A stretch of 64,000 nucleotides of DNA from Paraphysomonas bandaiensis (Eukaryota; Protista; Chrysophyceae): positions 124,001-188,000 of the forward strand of contig CBFFRP010000354.1 in NCBI GenBank assembly GCA_965644295.1, written 5' to 3'. The notes below the pieces were generated by a model. That model had not been told where the DNA came from. It did no database searches and worked only from the letters and a program-made list of their open reading frames with translations. Both the position numbers and the translations under genes were made by a program. Shown in pieces: positions 1 to 12,700 of the stretch. Each line of letters begins with the position of its first letter. The stretch's first letter is position 1.

Positions 1-528
1 ATCAACATGGCGAAATCTGTGAGTTATCAAGTGCTTGTACGCTGTGCATGTCTAAAATGTTCTTAGAACGGATACACGGCACTTTTTTATGCCGTTGAGC
101 TCCACACCACAAATATTCTCAAGGCTTTGCTCAGAAGAGGAGCAAACCCCAATGTAGCATTAACACAGAAGGTTCATTTTATATTGTATGTTCTTTTGGC
201 TGTTCATATATTCCCTGCATAGGATGCTGTTGGAAGTACACCTCTACATTTCGCTTGTATGCTTGAAAAATCGAAGCATGCGGAACTGCTTCTGGAATAC
301 GGTGCGGATGTAATGGCAGTCAATGAACACGGACAGTATCCGTTGCAGCTCTTGCCACGTGATGCTGTGACGTCCACGAAGCTATACTTCAAACGCATGT
401 TCGAGGTTTGTCATCAAAATTTCTTGTTTCGTTAGGATCTTTACTGTCTATTACTTCAGGATGCTTTGGCACGAAAGGAAAAAGAATGGAACGCTGCCAA
501 TGGTAAAACTGCTAGAAATGATCTTTAA
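1..528 (+). CDS. 3' part of a multi-exon ankyrin-repeat protein ending ...KTARNDL*
   Basis: Spliced reading gives NGYTALFYAVE..LLRRGANPN and DAVGSTPLHFAC..LLEYGADV ankyrin motifs, separated by short GT-AG introns. Stop TAA at 526-528. The 5' end lies outside the window. Confidence 0.8.
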
Positions 529-1408
529 TGCAAGGCTGACTTCGACCAGCGACTAGTATACATACTAAAAGGCTGGTTTGCAGTATTCAAAAGATCAGAC
601 TTGACATAGTTTTGTTGTGATTTATTGTAATGAATCTTGTTCGTTTTTGCTTCATAAATTTAGTGCAGGCTAATGTCTGCAGTACGAGCTAGTTCTGCAC
701 ACGAACTATTTGGCATATAATTTATAGTTTATAGTGTGTCAATAGTCAAAGGTAGATTGTATCAATTCGACAGATATGTATTGTACGTTTTAAATGCCAT
801 ACTGAATCTATAGCCAACCAAGGTTTAAAAATCACGCCATTGAGATTGTATATAGCATAGAGTTGATATTTTATAATTGAATATAATTATATATATTATA
901 AATATGAGAGCACTGTGCCTCTACATGCATAACACGCTATGCGAATGTTGCAGCACACGTTACGTATGTATATATACAATGGTGGTACGTTTATATACAA
1001 TATACAGTATTCATTCGTTCATACGTATGCACAGTATACGTTGAATTGAAGAGTTGAATTGACGGATCTCATACTCCAACTTATAAAGTGAGTTAGCATT
1101 TTACTGTATTGGCAAGCAGCAAGTAGTGTGTTGCATGTATACAAACATACAAACACCGATGTGAGAAATTAAAGCCCGTTTGATTCAAAAATATATTTAG
1201 TACTTCGAGATAGGCCAGTAAGAATAATCCAGATTTCACTATATAATTTCTACTGAAGTACAGCGCTAACGTTTAGAATCTGACACGGTGTCACAGTATG
1301 AGGTAGAGGTGTGTATGCGTGATTGATACGATTGATGTGTTATCAAATTGGAAACACAAGTTGCTAACAGCAGAAGTAGTAAACTCCATTCAAAAACGAA
1401 ATCGCCAA

Positions 1409-4400
1409 TTATGACTGAACTTCCAAGCTGCACTGCTTTACCATAACCTAACACAGATGTAAAACACAAGTGCGTGGTACCACTGGATGTACAATAACCT
1501 GAAGCAAACGCACAAGTACAGTCGGGTGATCCTCCATTAAAGCTTCTAAAGACTTCTCACTGAGATAATAGGGTTATAAGCTCATCGTACGTATCAGACG
1601 ACAAAACACATACGTAAAAATAGCGACGACACTTGTCGTCAGCGCCCGCGCAAAATACTTTCTGTGAGCCTGAAGTTGCATATCGACGTATCCGAGAAAT
1701 GACCCTTCATTATCATGAGGTGATGTACAACTTTATATTTACTTTTATAACCTTTGTGAAAGTGTATAGATTTAGATGACTGTGGATCAAAGGGGGATAG
1801 TTCCAGAATAATTTCTCCCTATCATCTGTATATGACAACGTGTTCCGTGGCAGAGATAGTTATGGCACCACTTACCTCTAGCAAGACATAAAAGTCGGAG
1901 GCAGTGTCACCTTTGTTAAATAGAATATCGTCCCTGTTCAGAAGTACTGTGGTATAGTACTGCGCCGACAAATTAGCCAGTACCTATTGTGAAGATATGA
2001 TACATACGTTTTTGACATACTCTAATTCCTTCGCTTCCTCATCTGATAACCCTAACATTGTTGACAATACGAGTGGCACAGTAACAGCAGGAAGTCTCCT
2101 AAGTGATTTTCGTCTGTTCGCAATACGATTTACTTACGCCACCTACCATTTTGCAATCATACCTTACAAGCATTGGTCCCATTGCATCGTCCCACCCAGT
2201 ATTCCCTACTTCGTCGTCGGATGCGTATGTACCCTGACAGCTATTCAGCAGAGAAGTTTCACACCAATCCAATGCCGAGTACACAGTCGCAAAGTCTTTA
2301 GATACAGGGGCCATTATAGCACCGTGAGCTTTGAGCAAAGTAGCTACTTTCGGTAGACACCCTGCAAAAAGTCAATACATGATATTGATAAGATTCTTTC
2401 ATACCTGCGTAACACACATGGATATCATTTATTGCGCAAACGTTTTGAAGCTGCTTAAAACAGCTCCTAGCGGCAGTGGCATCTACACCCTGTCAACACG
2501 GTGGCACACTATAACCACAATTCCCATGAGATAAGTTTCCTGACCTGCAGACGCTGACAGTCTAGCACCAAGTACTTCACGCCCATTGCACCTGTAATGG
2601 TCACGGAATTAACCACCAAACAGGCGACATACACGACACATCATACCGACATGCTGGTCGAACTCCTGTGGGCTATCTGCCTCCAGGGATGAATAAGTTT
2701 TGTGCGAAGCATTTCTACTGGAACCGGAAGAAATAAGTGGAAAATTTTCCCCATCCCGTTGACTCATCTCGACATCACTATCAACGCCATTCTTATCACT
2801 TTCTAGCTTAAGATAACTAACTATGTCATTAAGAACGTCCACAGACGAGCCAAAGAAAACAGCGCCTTGCAACTCCAAGGTAACTATTGTTCCACTGAGG
2901 CGCTTCAATGTCTGCTCTTGGTTCGGGTGTCGAAGGGTAATGGAGCGCCGCACAGTCTGAGTGACTATTTTCGATCCATCTTGTGTCCCATACAGCGCAT
3001 AGGTCACTGCAAAATTAAAAATTGACAAACCAATGCCTATTAAGAGTCCAGAGTTGAGATCTGTAGCATTGATCGCTATAAATGTAAGAAGAACAATTGC
3101 ATATTCCGATATCGATAGTTTCTCTCTGACCTAAATATCCAAAAATTATGAACACAACTTCAAAATAATACTGCGATGGCTTACCTCAATGAGCCACTCT
3201 ATCAGCAGATCTACAGCTATGAATATCAACGTAGCAGCAAAAAAGAAGAGCGGTACATATGAGAGAGGATCCACTTTGAGTAAGAACACCACAAACTCCA
3301 GGACCAACATAATCCCAGCCACAGAACGGAAGTGAACCCCCGTTCTGTAGCCAAATATGGTCTGGGAAAAAATATAACTGCCTGTGAAGCCCCCAGTGAT
3401 TCCAGAAAAGAAGTTTGACATACCAACAGTAATTAGCTCAGCATTGGTGTCAAGCGCAGACCCCATGTCCATTTCAATGGCAGCCACATCCAGGCACGAC
3501 GAGAAGGCCACAACGATAACCATCGCAATCCAGACAGGGATCTGTCGAGGGATCACACCCCAATTAACATGAGGCAAGTCGTAGAGGAAGAATACTTCCA
3601 TACTGTCTGCTGGCTGGGTCATTGGTCCGAGCCATCCGTAGTCCCGGGCGTCATCCAACGTACTTCCAGTGGCAAAAACTAGTACGTAGAATACAACTGG
3701 TATGAGGACTATCGCAGCCGGCAGCACCGCAAAATGCTGGAAGTAGCGAGATATCCAGGTCAACATAGCACCGGTGATTACACCTGGGGCGCAAAGAACG
3801 AGTGCTCGGTCATCAAGAAGATTCCCATATGTTCTAAATCCACTAACAACTTTACCCGACGCTAAAGAAAGTCCAGCTTCGAGACAAAACAGACCAATGT
3901 AAGCGAGGTATCCACCTATTACAGGCATCGGTAAATATGAAACAAACTTCGCTAACTTCGCTCGTCCAATAAGGATAAGACACAGCCCCAAACATGCGGT
4001 ACCGATGGCAATGGTCACTAGCGATGTCGCGACTATATTTCGTGGATCTTCATCTTTCATTGAGACGGCGATATCTGTTGCAATTTTGGAAAGAAATATC
4101 AAGCCAGCATCTTGTACCTGTCCAATTGCAAAAGGAATTGTCGATTTAAGACAAAAACATACAGCATGTATAAAGCTACTGAACAACATTAGCTTCGCCA
4201 GTGAAGGCATGAATTCACTGTATATGGGGTGGGAAAATACAATGGCTGCATATCCATACATAACAGGTATAGTGAGGATAGCCTGAACATTCCTATATAC
4301 ATATATTAACATATGTTTCAATTAATAGTATAGAGTATACCCGTATATGAATACCATCAATGCATTTTGCATAGTTGATGCATCTTTCTTTATATCTGTT

Positions 4401-4414
4401 GATGGATTTGACAT
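1409..4414 (-). CDS. SulP/SLC26 anion transporter with STAS and C-terminal cNMP-binding domain (multi-exon)
   Basis: ORF 3146-4321 is a polytopic SulP core (IGQVQDAG, YLPMPVIGGYLA, ELITVG.SN, GSYIFSQT). ORF 2609-3028 gives the STAS entry LELQGAVFFGS. The exon near 1875-1985 reads ILFNKGDTASDFYVLLE (cNMP fold). The last exon ends LEVQS* at 1409. Confidence 0.85.
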
Positions 4415-4569
4415 GATTTGATATATGATGTAACGAAAAGATATACTAGTATTACAATAATTCCAATATATTATATGATGGTTAGCATTTTATAAAGATA
4501 TATGACTATATATTGCAATGTAGTGTATGTTAATGTTTATAGCCATACACACACAGATCCGGCTCTTGT

Positions 4570-4622
4570 CTATGTATATGTATGTGTATGTATATGTATA
4601 TGTATATGTATGTGTATGTATA
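4570..4622. repeat. Imperfect (TATATG/TATG)n microsatellite in a divergent intergenic region
   Basis: Directly visible tatgtatatg tatgtgtatg tatatgtata... Confidence 0.85.
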
Positions 4623-5065
4623 CAGCACCCCTCCAACAACACAACACAAATTCTCAGAATATGACAACATGCATGTAGATGTAGTACGTACCTGTATATG
4701 TACACTATATGGGGTCCACAGTGCATGTACACCATACAGGTGCAATGCAGTATATCTGGATATGTCCATTAGGCTAAATATCACCGTTTTTCACTGTCTA
4801 GTATATTAAATACCAACCTTTTTCATTTTTTAGTCTACAAAATACAGTATGTTGATCCTTAAAATGAATACTACATTAAAAACTGGAGGTTTTTACCTGA
4901 TCGATACATTTACCTCAGACAGCAATGTACACGTACTCGTTGTGGGTACAGTATATTCATGCAGTTATATCAATCAGCCTCAGCTCCGCATATATATACA
5001 CACATCAACAGAGCTCACTCTTATTTATCTATGAGTTGTATATATACAACATCAAATCTAGTAAC

Positions 5066-6127
5066 ATGAATATTAATATGATCCTTCTACTCATATTAAC
5101 AGCATTGCCTTGTGCAATACTGGAATCATGTTCTATTAATGACCTCATTCAACGATTTAATATTACTGGATTTCCATCCGGTGAACGTGCAAATGATAAT
5201 GAGAATGTACCTGGTGCTGTACTATCAGCATGGGCGGGTACTGAATCACCCGATTCCCCTAATTTCAAGTATCGTTGCAATATTGCTACTCAGAAGAAGT
5301 ACTGTGAACGACATGGATATGCATATTATTATCTTGAAGACTCTCCACAAAAGAAAAAAGAGCGGGGACATGTACCTCCCCACTGGATTAAGGTGCAATC
5401 TATTTTGGAAGTTATGGATAAAACGCCAAGGCACCCTTGGGTTCTTTATGTTGATTCCGATAGCCTCTTTCAGGAGAAACCGAGTGTGGCTAACCATTCT
5501 ATAGAATCATTCCTCAATGATGTACACGATGATGGAACTATTAGTCTATTTCTTCCAAGTTCTCACTCGGGGTGGTCCACAGATCTCATGCTTATGCGCA
5601 ACAATGTATGGGGCTATAATTTTATATCGAAGTGGTGGCGAATGCGCAAAGTGTGCCCTGCTTGTCCAAGTGGAGACCAGTGTGCAGGAATATTAACGCT
5701 CTTTGAATCCTTGCTGTATGATACATCTGAGTCTATCAATGCAGGAACTTGGGAAAAAGAACCAGTTTCTCTTGATTCTGTAGAAATTGGTCGCGGTAAG
5801 CATCTTCCTGGAACTCAAAGCTGTTGTAGCCCTCGATCGTATTGTGAGTATCCTCTGGGACCATCGCACCCAAAAAATCCGAAATATAGCTTCTACAGTC
5901 GGTACCTACAGGGTTGTATGCCTGACTGGGAGAAGGCTGTGCATTTTGTGAATGGAAATAATAGCATACGCCGAAGTGCACATGTTTCAGGAGAATTGAA
6001 CCTGCGGGATTATCTAGGAATAAAACATTACGTCAAAAATAACAAAGTGTGTGTAAGAGCTGTGGAGAGCATCCATGTCAACGGCTCCTATGAATGGACA
6101 GGAATTCTAAAAGATGTTAGGGCATGA
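5066..6127 (+). CDS. Glycosyltransferase family 34-like (GMA12/MNN10-type) secretory protein, intronless
   Basis: Hydrophobic N-terminus MNINMILLLILTALPCA. YCERHGY, HWIKVQSI and WVLYVDSD (DxD) motifs are typical of GT34. Confidence 0.75.
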   Translation: MNINMILLLILTALPCAILESCSINDLIQRFNITGFPSGERANDNENVPGAVLSAWAGTESPDSPNFKYRCNIATQKKYCERHGYAYYYLEDSPQKKKERGHVPPHWIKVQSILEVMDKTPRHPWVLYVDSDSLFQEKPSVANHSIESFLNDVHDDGTISLFLPSSHSGWSTDLMLMRNNVWGYNFISKWWRMRKVCPACPSGDQCAGILTLFESLLYDTSESINAGTWEKEPVSLDSVEIGRGKHLPGTQSCCSPRSYCEYPLGPSHPKNPKYSFYSRYLQGCMPDWEKAVHFVNGNNSIRRSAHVSGELNLRDYLGIKHYVKNNKVCVRAVESIHVNGSYEWTGILKDVRA

Positions 6128-6544
6128 GCATTTGTGGAGTGACTTTAGCAGCTCTCTGAATTGTTTAGTAGTATTCCTTCAATGTGAAGTAGCCAGTAGT
6201 CGAAAGTTGACGATGCGATGATATATTGGGCGTCCTAGCAAAATAGACTCGAAGTTTTTTTACTTTCTACTTGTTTAAGATAATTACTCTTCTTATAGTA
6301 TTATGTAAACATGATATGACGGATTTGTAATCCCACTGTTATAGTATTACGCATTGTCATGAAGTGCCTCTTTCTATCACCTGGTTGTTGCAATTTACGC
6401 CATGATATATGAGTGCTTTTGTTAGGCCAATTGTAATGTAATCAAGTTTACTATAATAAATTGTACTGATAAAGAAACTGTGAATATTCTCACCTCAACA
6501 AAACCCTTTTCCCTAAAATAAATTCTAGTAGTGAATGTCTAATT

Positions 6545-6668
6545 ATTAGCAACAGGCGTCGTGTAAGAGTCAGAACTAATGTAGAAAAACAATTTATCTG
6601 ACTACTGCTTAACTCTGATATCCTACTATTTAATACGAAAGGTGCAGGTGCGTCACCGCAAGCATTAA
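6545..6668 (-). repeat. Degenerate old copy of the shared retroelement 3' module
   Basis: attagcaacaggcgt, atcctactatttaa..cgaaag and tgcgtcaccgcaagca match the reverse complement of the 3' module. Confidence 0.6.
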
Positions 6669-6677
6669 TATTATATT

Positions 6678-7345
6678 GAAGGTCTTTTTATTTAGCAATA
6701 GGCGCTAAAAACTCGTTCCGATATAGTGGATAGTTGAATGCTAGATCTACTAGTTAGACCTCTACCCATAACTAATTAGCACAAATTCTATTATCCTACT
6801 ATTTAGCGCTACAGAAGCTGTTTGTGCGTCGCCGCAAGCACCAAGGTGCAACCACTTCCGTTCTTAATGTGGTTTGTGAGTTCTCTCTGCTCGTGTGTCT
6901 GAGGACTCACTGGCGCGTGTTGTCTGGGGGTCTCCCCTTGGGATAAGGTTCCGCCTGGCTTTGAGGTACAGGGTTCTGTATTAAGGTCCTGAGTGTATCG
7001 AGCACTAGATGTGTGTACTGAGAGGTTGATGGTGTGGTGTAATGTGGCGTTGTCGCCATGCACCGTCTGGGCGTTGGGCGTCTACAAGGGAGATGTCCAA
7101 TAAGAACTGACAGCGCTGCAGGCACTTAGTTTAACTGACGGCGTTAGTGAAGAGAATGGTTGCAAAGCCACGTTATCTAACGGGGAGCATGTACAACATG
7201 GTAAGACAAGGTGTTTGTCGGCAGTGTGGTGTGTTTCAAAATGCAGCCCTGCTTGGAGAGAAGGGAACAGTCTGAGCCCGGACCCGCTGATGGGACACAA
7301 CCACGGTCTCAACTGAGACATTGAGCTTGGAGCGAGCTAAAAAGG
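6678..7345 (-). mobile_element. Non-autonomous LINE-derived element, family 1 copy A (structured head + last ~50 codons of ORF2 + 3' module)
   Basis: Head 7079-7345 is nearly identical to 7414-7689 in inverted orientation. It encodes THLVLDTLRTLIQN..PKGRPPD, homologous to the LINE C-terminus THLELGALRTLIQN..PKGRPPD at 26.5 kb. Its 3' module matches 26653-26835. Candidate TSD TATTATAT at 6669-6676 and 7346-7353. Confidence 0.85.
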
Positions 7346-7413
7346 TATTATATATAGCATAAGGTGTATATTCTGAGGGATACGGTTGAAAATACAGTTC
7401 AACAAAAAGTTAC

Positions 7414-9168
7414 ACCTTCTTAGCTCGCACCAAGCGCAATGTCTCAGTTGAGACCGTGGTTGTGTTACATCAGCGGGTCCAGGCTCAGATTGTCTTCTCC
7501 TCCCCACCCATGGCTGTATTTTGTATCACACCACACTGCCGACAAACACCTTGTCTTACCATGTTGTACATGCTTCCCGTTCGATAACGTGGCTTTGCAA
7601 CCATTCTCTTCACTAACGCCGTCAGTTAAACTAAGTGCCTGCACCACTGCAGCGCTGTCAGTTCCTATTGGACATCTCCCTTGTAGACGTATCTGTCTCA
7701 CACACCGCTCTCTACGGTTACAACCACTCATCGCATGGCTCGTGCGGGTAGGCACTCGAAAACGGTCCACTTGTTCATTCGCTAACACCCATGTTCTCCA
7801 TCGGCCCCGCTACCTTGTAAGACAGGACCATATCTTGACGACCGCACAAACCAACTCCACATGGTAGTCTGTGGGTCTATGCACCAAGCAGAGCACCCCC
7901 TCACCCTGTTTGCCTATCATCCCCACAGCCCACACATCTCATTGGATGGACACAGTATTCCGCATACGGTATACCCGACTACTACTGTACTACTGTGTCC
8001 TACAGGATGTATACCATTCCAATACGGTGCAAATATACTGCAGTACACCACACAGCTCACTCCGTCCCATGTACCTGTCCATGTACCTGTATACCTGTAC
8101 TGTTGGACACATCACCATGTACTTGTACCTGTATACCTGTACTGTTGGACACATCACCGGCTCTCTCTCTCTCTGTCCAACACACTCATAGCACCACTGC
8201 AGTGTCATACACACGCACCCCACACTCTACCTCCTCCTCGAGAACCTCCAGACAAACCATCTCCCCTCCCTTCGTCTCTGACACCTTGCCGTCATCTTCC
8301 TTCCACACACACTCTATGCCTCAGCCTGTACCCCCCTGCACCAACACAGACACTAACAAGGGCAGCTGAGGACGTCCGAGTGTCTCCTCCAGACCATCAT
8401 CATCATCATCTCGTGCATAGGTCTATCAGAGTACCCGACCTTAACAGACCTAGTTCTGTTGCGCAGTCCCCCTCTCCTCAATCAGATGTTGCCTCTTTTG
8501 CACCATCACTCTCCCTCTCTCTCGACTCCCTGTTGCTGGACACACCGGATGACCCTCATATCCCACCCCTGTCCAGCTATACACTCTCTTGCATGTGCTC
8601 TCTACCGTTGGCTAAGACAGCAAAAGAGTCGATTTCGACGCTTCTTCACAGTAGGCCATAACCTTTTGCAAGACCTTCATCCACATACCTCCGAGCCACT
8701 TGGCACAATGCCTAAAGGAATGCCACCAGATCGCCAATATAAGCAGGGTATAGTACTGTGTTCCCCTGGTTGCCGTGAGGTACATAAGGCAGCCCCCGAT
8801 GCAAATTGCACACAATGTATGTGTAGTCTTTAGCGTTCCACTGTTGTAGTAGTAGACTTAGATCACTGGTTTCACTTGTCATGCTGTACGTTGCACAACG
8901 TGTCCCCTACATACACATCTATCATATAGCGCCGGTGAGTCCTAGGACACACGACAATGGCGAAACTCGCAATCAACATCAAGAACGGAAGTGGTCGCAC
9001 CTTGGTGCTTGCGGCGACGCACAAGCAGCTTCTGTAGCGTTAAATAGTAGGATAATGGAATTTGTGCTGATTAGTTATGGGTAGAGGTCTAACTAGTATG
9101 TCTAGCACTCAACTAGCCACTATATTGGCACAGGTTTTTAACGCCTATTGCTAAATAAAAAGACTTTC
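7414..9168 (+). mobile_element. Non-autonomous/internally deleted LINE-derived element, family 1 copy B
   Basis: Same ~270-nt head as copy A. Pro-rich ORF remnants (REPPDKP, PKGMPPD). 3' module at 8929-9168. Internal ~42-bp tandem duplication at 8068-8160. Confidence 0.8.
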
Positions 9169-9729
9169 AATAACAGAATGTTGATGTACCTGACACTGAC
9201 ATATGCTGACAACAGGATTTTTGAGTCGTGAAGGTGGGCAGCCATTCCCTTATTTACCTGCCATTGATTACTTGGTTTTTCATTTGTTTTCGTGATCTTA
9301 ATCATTGAATACCTCTAGTTCCTCTAACAGCAAGCAAGCTACATATACCTACACATTCTAGTTTCTAGTTACTAAGATATCAACATTATCAGGAAATAGC
9401 TATCTAACTATATTCAACCTAGCCAATTTTAGTTATACATTGTACTCTAATCGGAGCGGTGACCACTTATAATAGTGATGAATATGTACTGTCATTATTA
9501 GTAGTCTCTCTAACATAAGTTAGTAATATTATAAAGACTGCCGCATCAGACTATGAATTACACTGGTCGATATAGTCGATATAGTGTCTGTAGAAGATGC
9601 AAAAACGTACTCAAGAAGTGGTGCCACAGAATTATTACAAACGACAAATTTGAGGATGAAAACTTCCGGGCATTTCGTAAGACGTTGGAATAGATCCACA
9701 ATACATTGAACGTACTTCAAACAAAACAA

Positions 9730-12700
9730 TCACTTGAGTAGCTGCCACCCTTCCTTATTGATAGCGCGGCTAAGTGCAGGTACGAAATCCTTCTTGCGCG
9801 AAACAAGAGGTCCAAGAAAATATGTCGACGACTCACCTGTCGGCCCTGCGCCCCCTTCTGATGCAGGGAACGCCATTTCTGCTAGACTCTTCTCGGCCTC
9901 ACTTACCACAAGCAGAGTTGATTGGAGTGACACGATGTTCACGACAGCGAGGAAAAGCAGATCTAGAGACTTTTCTTGCTTGCTTACTTTGAGTGATGCC
10001 AACAACTCGTTGCTTCGCGCCAATATGATACCATCGTCCGTAGTCTCAATCACCGCAAAACCAATACTTCCAGAAAAATTGTCTGCGTTGTACGAAAACA
10101 CTTTCATATCGCCATCAACAAGCTGTTCCGCACTGAGATCTGTGTCGACAATATTTAGTGATCATATAACACACAACCATACTACTTACTTTCCAGCTCC
10201 TTCGATTTAGCCCTAAATTGAGCTTTGGCAAGGGCTTCAATATCATTCACCCCCGCAATTTCACACAATACAGCTACCATCATTTTATCCCACTCAGTGG
10301 TTGTAGGCCCCATCAGGTTAAGAGTGTCGGATAGTATAGCGCACAATAGCATGCCCGCTATACACTTGCGAGGACGCCTCTTGGTCATAAGGTAGGTGTG
10401 GGCTATGATTGTCGACATCGAGCCCCATGGGCGGATATCCATATATATGGGTCGATCAGTAACAATGGTAGCATTTTGCAAGGCGTGATGGTCAATTACT
10501 CCAACGATACGGTCTGGATCAATAGCAGGGTTCACTTGCGACATCTGTTGATGATCGACAAGACAGATCCCTGCACCTGGCTGACTGACAACTAGTTTCT
10601 CTACAGGTAGAGGGGTAGGCACGCCCCAATAATCTAAGGCGAACTGGGTCTCAGAATTAACTTCCGATGCCCTCGCTGCCACACCACCGTACAACTCCGC
10701 TGCACCAATTGCACCCGCAATAGAATCTAAATCGGTAACCAAGTGGCCACAAAATATTGCGTCGGAAAGAACAATTGGAATGTAAGCACTAACCGACGGC
10801 AATGATGAATCAGTAGGTAGAGACATTACGATGTCGTGAACGGAGCTTCGGCGACGCCGTACTTCCGTTTCCGCTCTCGTTAGGCGTCGTTGAACCTGAC
10901 TGCCGTCCTCCATAGTCACATAGTTAATGTCACAATCAGTATGCTCCTCAGATACGACATCTAGAGCGTTCGATTGGCAATACGGGGTAGCTGATTGACT
11001 TTCATTGGCGCGACGCTCTATCACAATACGTGCAGACATTTCTAACGCCAGCAAAACACAGTCACCACAATCCAAATTCTCAAGCATATCAAAGACAGAT
11101 TTTCCAGCGAGCTGAGGATCCAGAGTAGCAGCCTGAATAAGATCTTCCGGTATACCTACATCCAAGAGCTTCCGACCAAAGCTATCTTCACTCACAGCAA
11201 CACCCAACCAGTTCATGCGCTCAGCAAGGGCCTCGAAAGGTGAAGCACTAGCATGTACTCCATTGTCCCCTGTATTCGGTGCCTTCGATAGACCAAGAGA
11301 TCGCCAATCCGACATTATAATACCACGGATAGAATCTGATGGGGCTTGAGTGGGGTCTGTGCAACCCAAAACTTTGTTTCGAAAATCACTGAATGACAAG
11401 TCCGACGAACTCCACTCCACACAGAAATAGTAGATCGACGAGCCAGGTTGTACAAACTTCGATCGCATGGACATGTAAAATCCATTTATCACGTATATAG
11501 CAGGCTTGTCTGGAATTGTGTCAATGTAGCCGCAATAAAACCCACCACCAAGTTTCACAAGCTTGCCCTCACCTTTTGCTTTCGCCCAGGCTATATCCAA
11601 TTCATCTGGCCCTATGTCCAAGTACGTACAGGCATCCATTGCATTGTACACACGACACTCATTCAACACACTTTGCCAAGACACATTAAAAGCCGACTCA
11701 AACTTATCTTCGGGTATATCCAGTTCAGTAGGTTTCAGCATTACAGCTTTGGATCCTATCGCGTAATAATGCTGATCAATTAACTTATCTTTATCGATAC
11801 TTTCCGCCATAATCTCCCCCTCTTTCACAATATCTATCTTTCTGAACTTTAGAAGTCCACGAACCAGATCGCGACATGCGGCAGACACATTAGCATGAGG
11901 CTTGATGAAAACAAATGCACTGTTATCGATGTGACCAGTGTACACAGACCGAGTAGAAAGAATTCGTCTATCATTGGTAATGTGGTATTCCCCATTTCCC
12001 TTCTTCGCTGGCTGATTTCGTCTGTCATCTGTCGATGTGCCAGTCGGAGCACTCTGCGTCTGTACAATGCAAGATGAATTCATGCCCTTGTTGTCGAGTT
12101 CAACACTGCCACTTGAAACTTTAAAGTTACGCAAAAGCTCAAGTGCTTTCGCAACACAATTTCCACAATCCAGCTCCTCTAGAGTGTCAAAAACAGACCT
12201 ACCGTCGACAGAAGGATCAATACTCCACTGTTTTATTACCATATCCGTCACACCCGCGTCCAAGAGCTTCCGACCAAAGCTATCTTCACTCACAGCAACA
12301 CCCAACCAGTTCATGCGCTCAGCAAGGGCCTCGAAAGGTGAAGCACTAGCATGTACTCCATTGTCCCCTGTATTCGGTGCCTTCGATAGACCAAGAGATC
12401 GCCAATCCGACATTATAATACCACGGATAGAATCTGATGGGGCTTGAGTGGGGTCTGTGCAACCCAAAACTTTGTTTCGAAAATCACTGAATGACAAGTC
12501 CGACGAACTCCACTCCACACAGAAATAGTAGATCGACGAGCCAGGTTGTACAAACTTCGATCGCATGGACATGTAAAATCCATTTATCACGTATATAGCA
12601 GGCTTGTCTGGAATTGTGTCAATGTAGCCGCAATAAAACCCACCACCAAGTTTCACAAGCTTGCCCTCACCTTTTGCTTTCGCCCAGGCTATATCCAATT

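Noticed and set aside
8930-8970. CCGGTGAGTCCTAGGAC...CGAAAC resembling a hammerhead ribozyme core
   Set aside because: CUGAUGA is not intact, GAAA is not adjacent to stem II, and it is not conserved in the homologous copies at 6.9 and 26.6 kb.
9006-9027. GNRA hairpin with AC bulge resembling group II intron domain V
   Set aside because: Too short, no AGC/CGC catalytic triad, no domain VI, and the context is a LINE 3' UTR with a TSD.
6678-9168. A single TIR (foldback or DIRS-like) element
   Set aside because: The outer arms are LINE 3' ends, as shown by the TSD-bounded copy at 25529-26840. No TSD flanks the whole structure and the arms have diverged.
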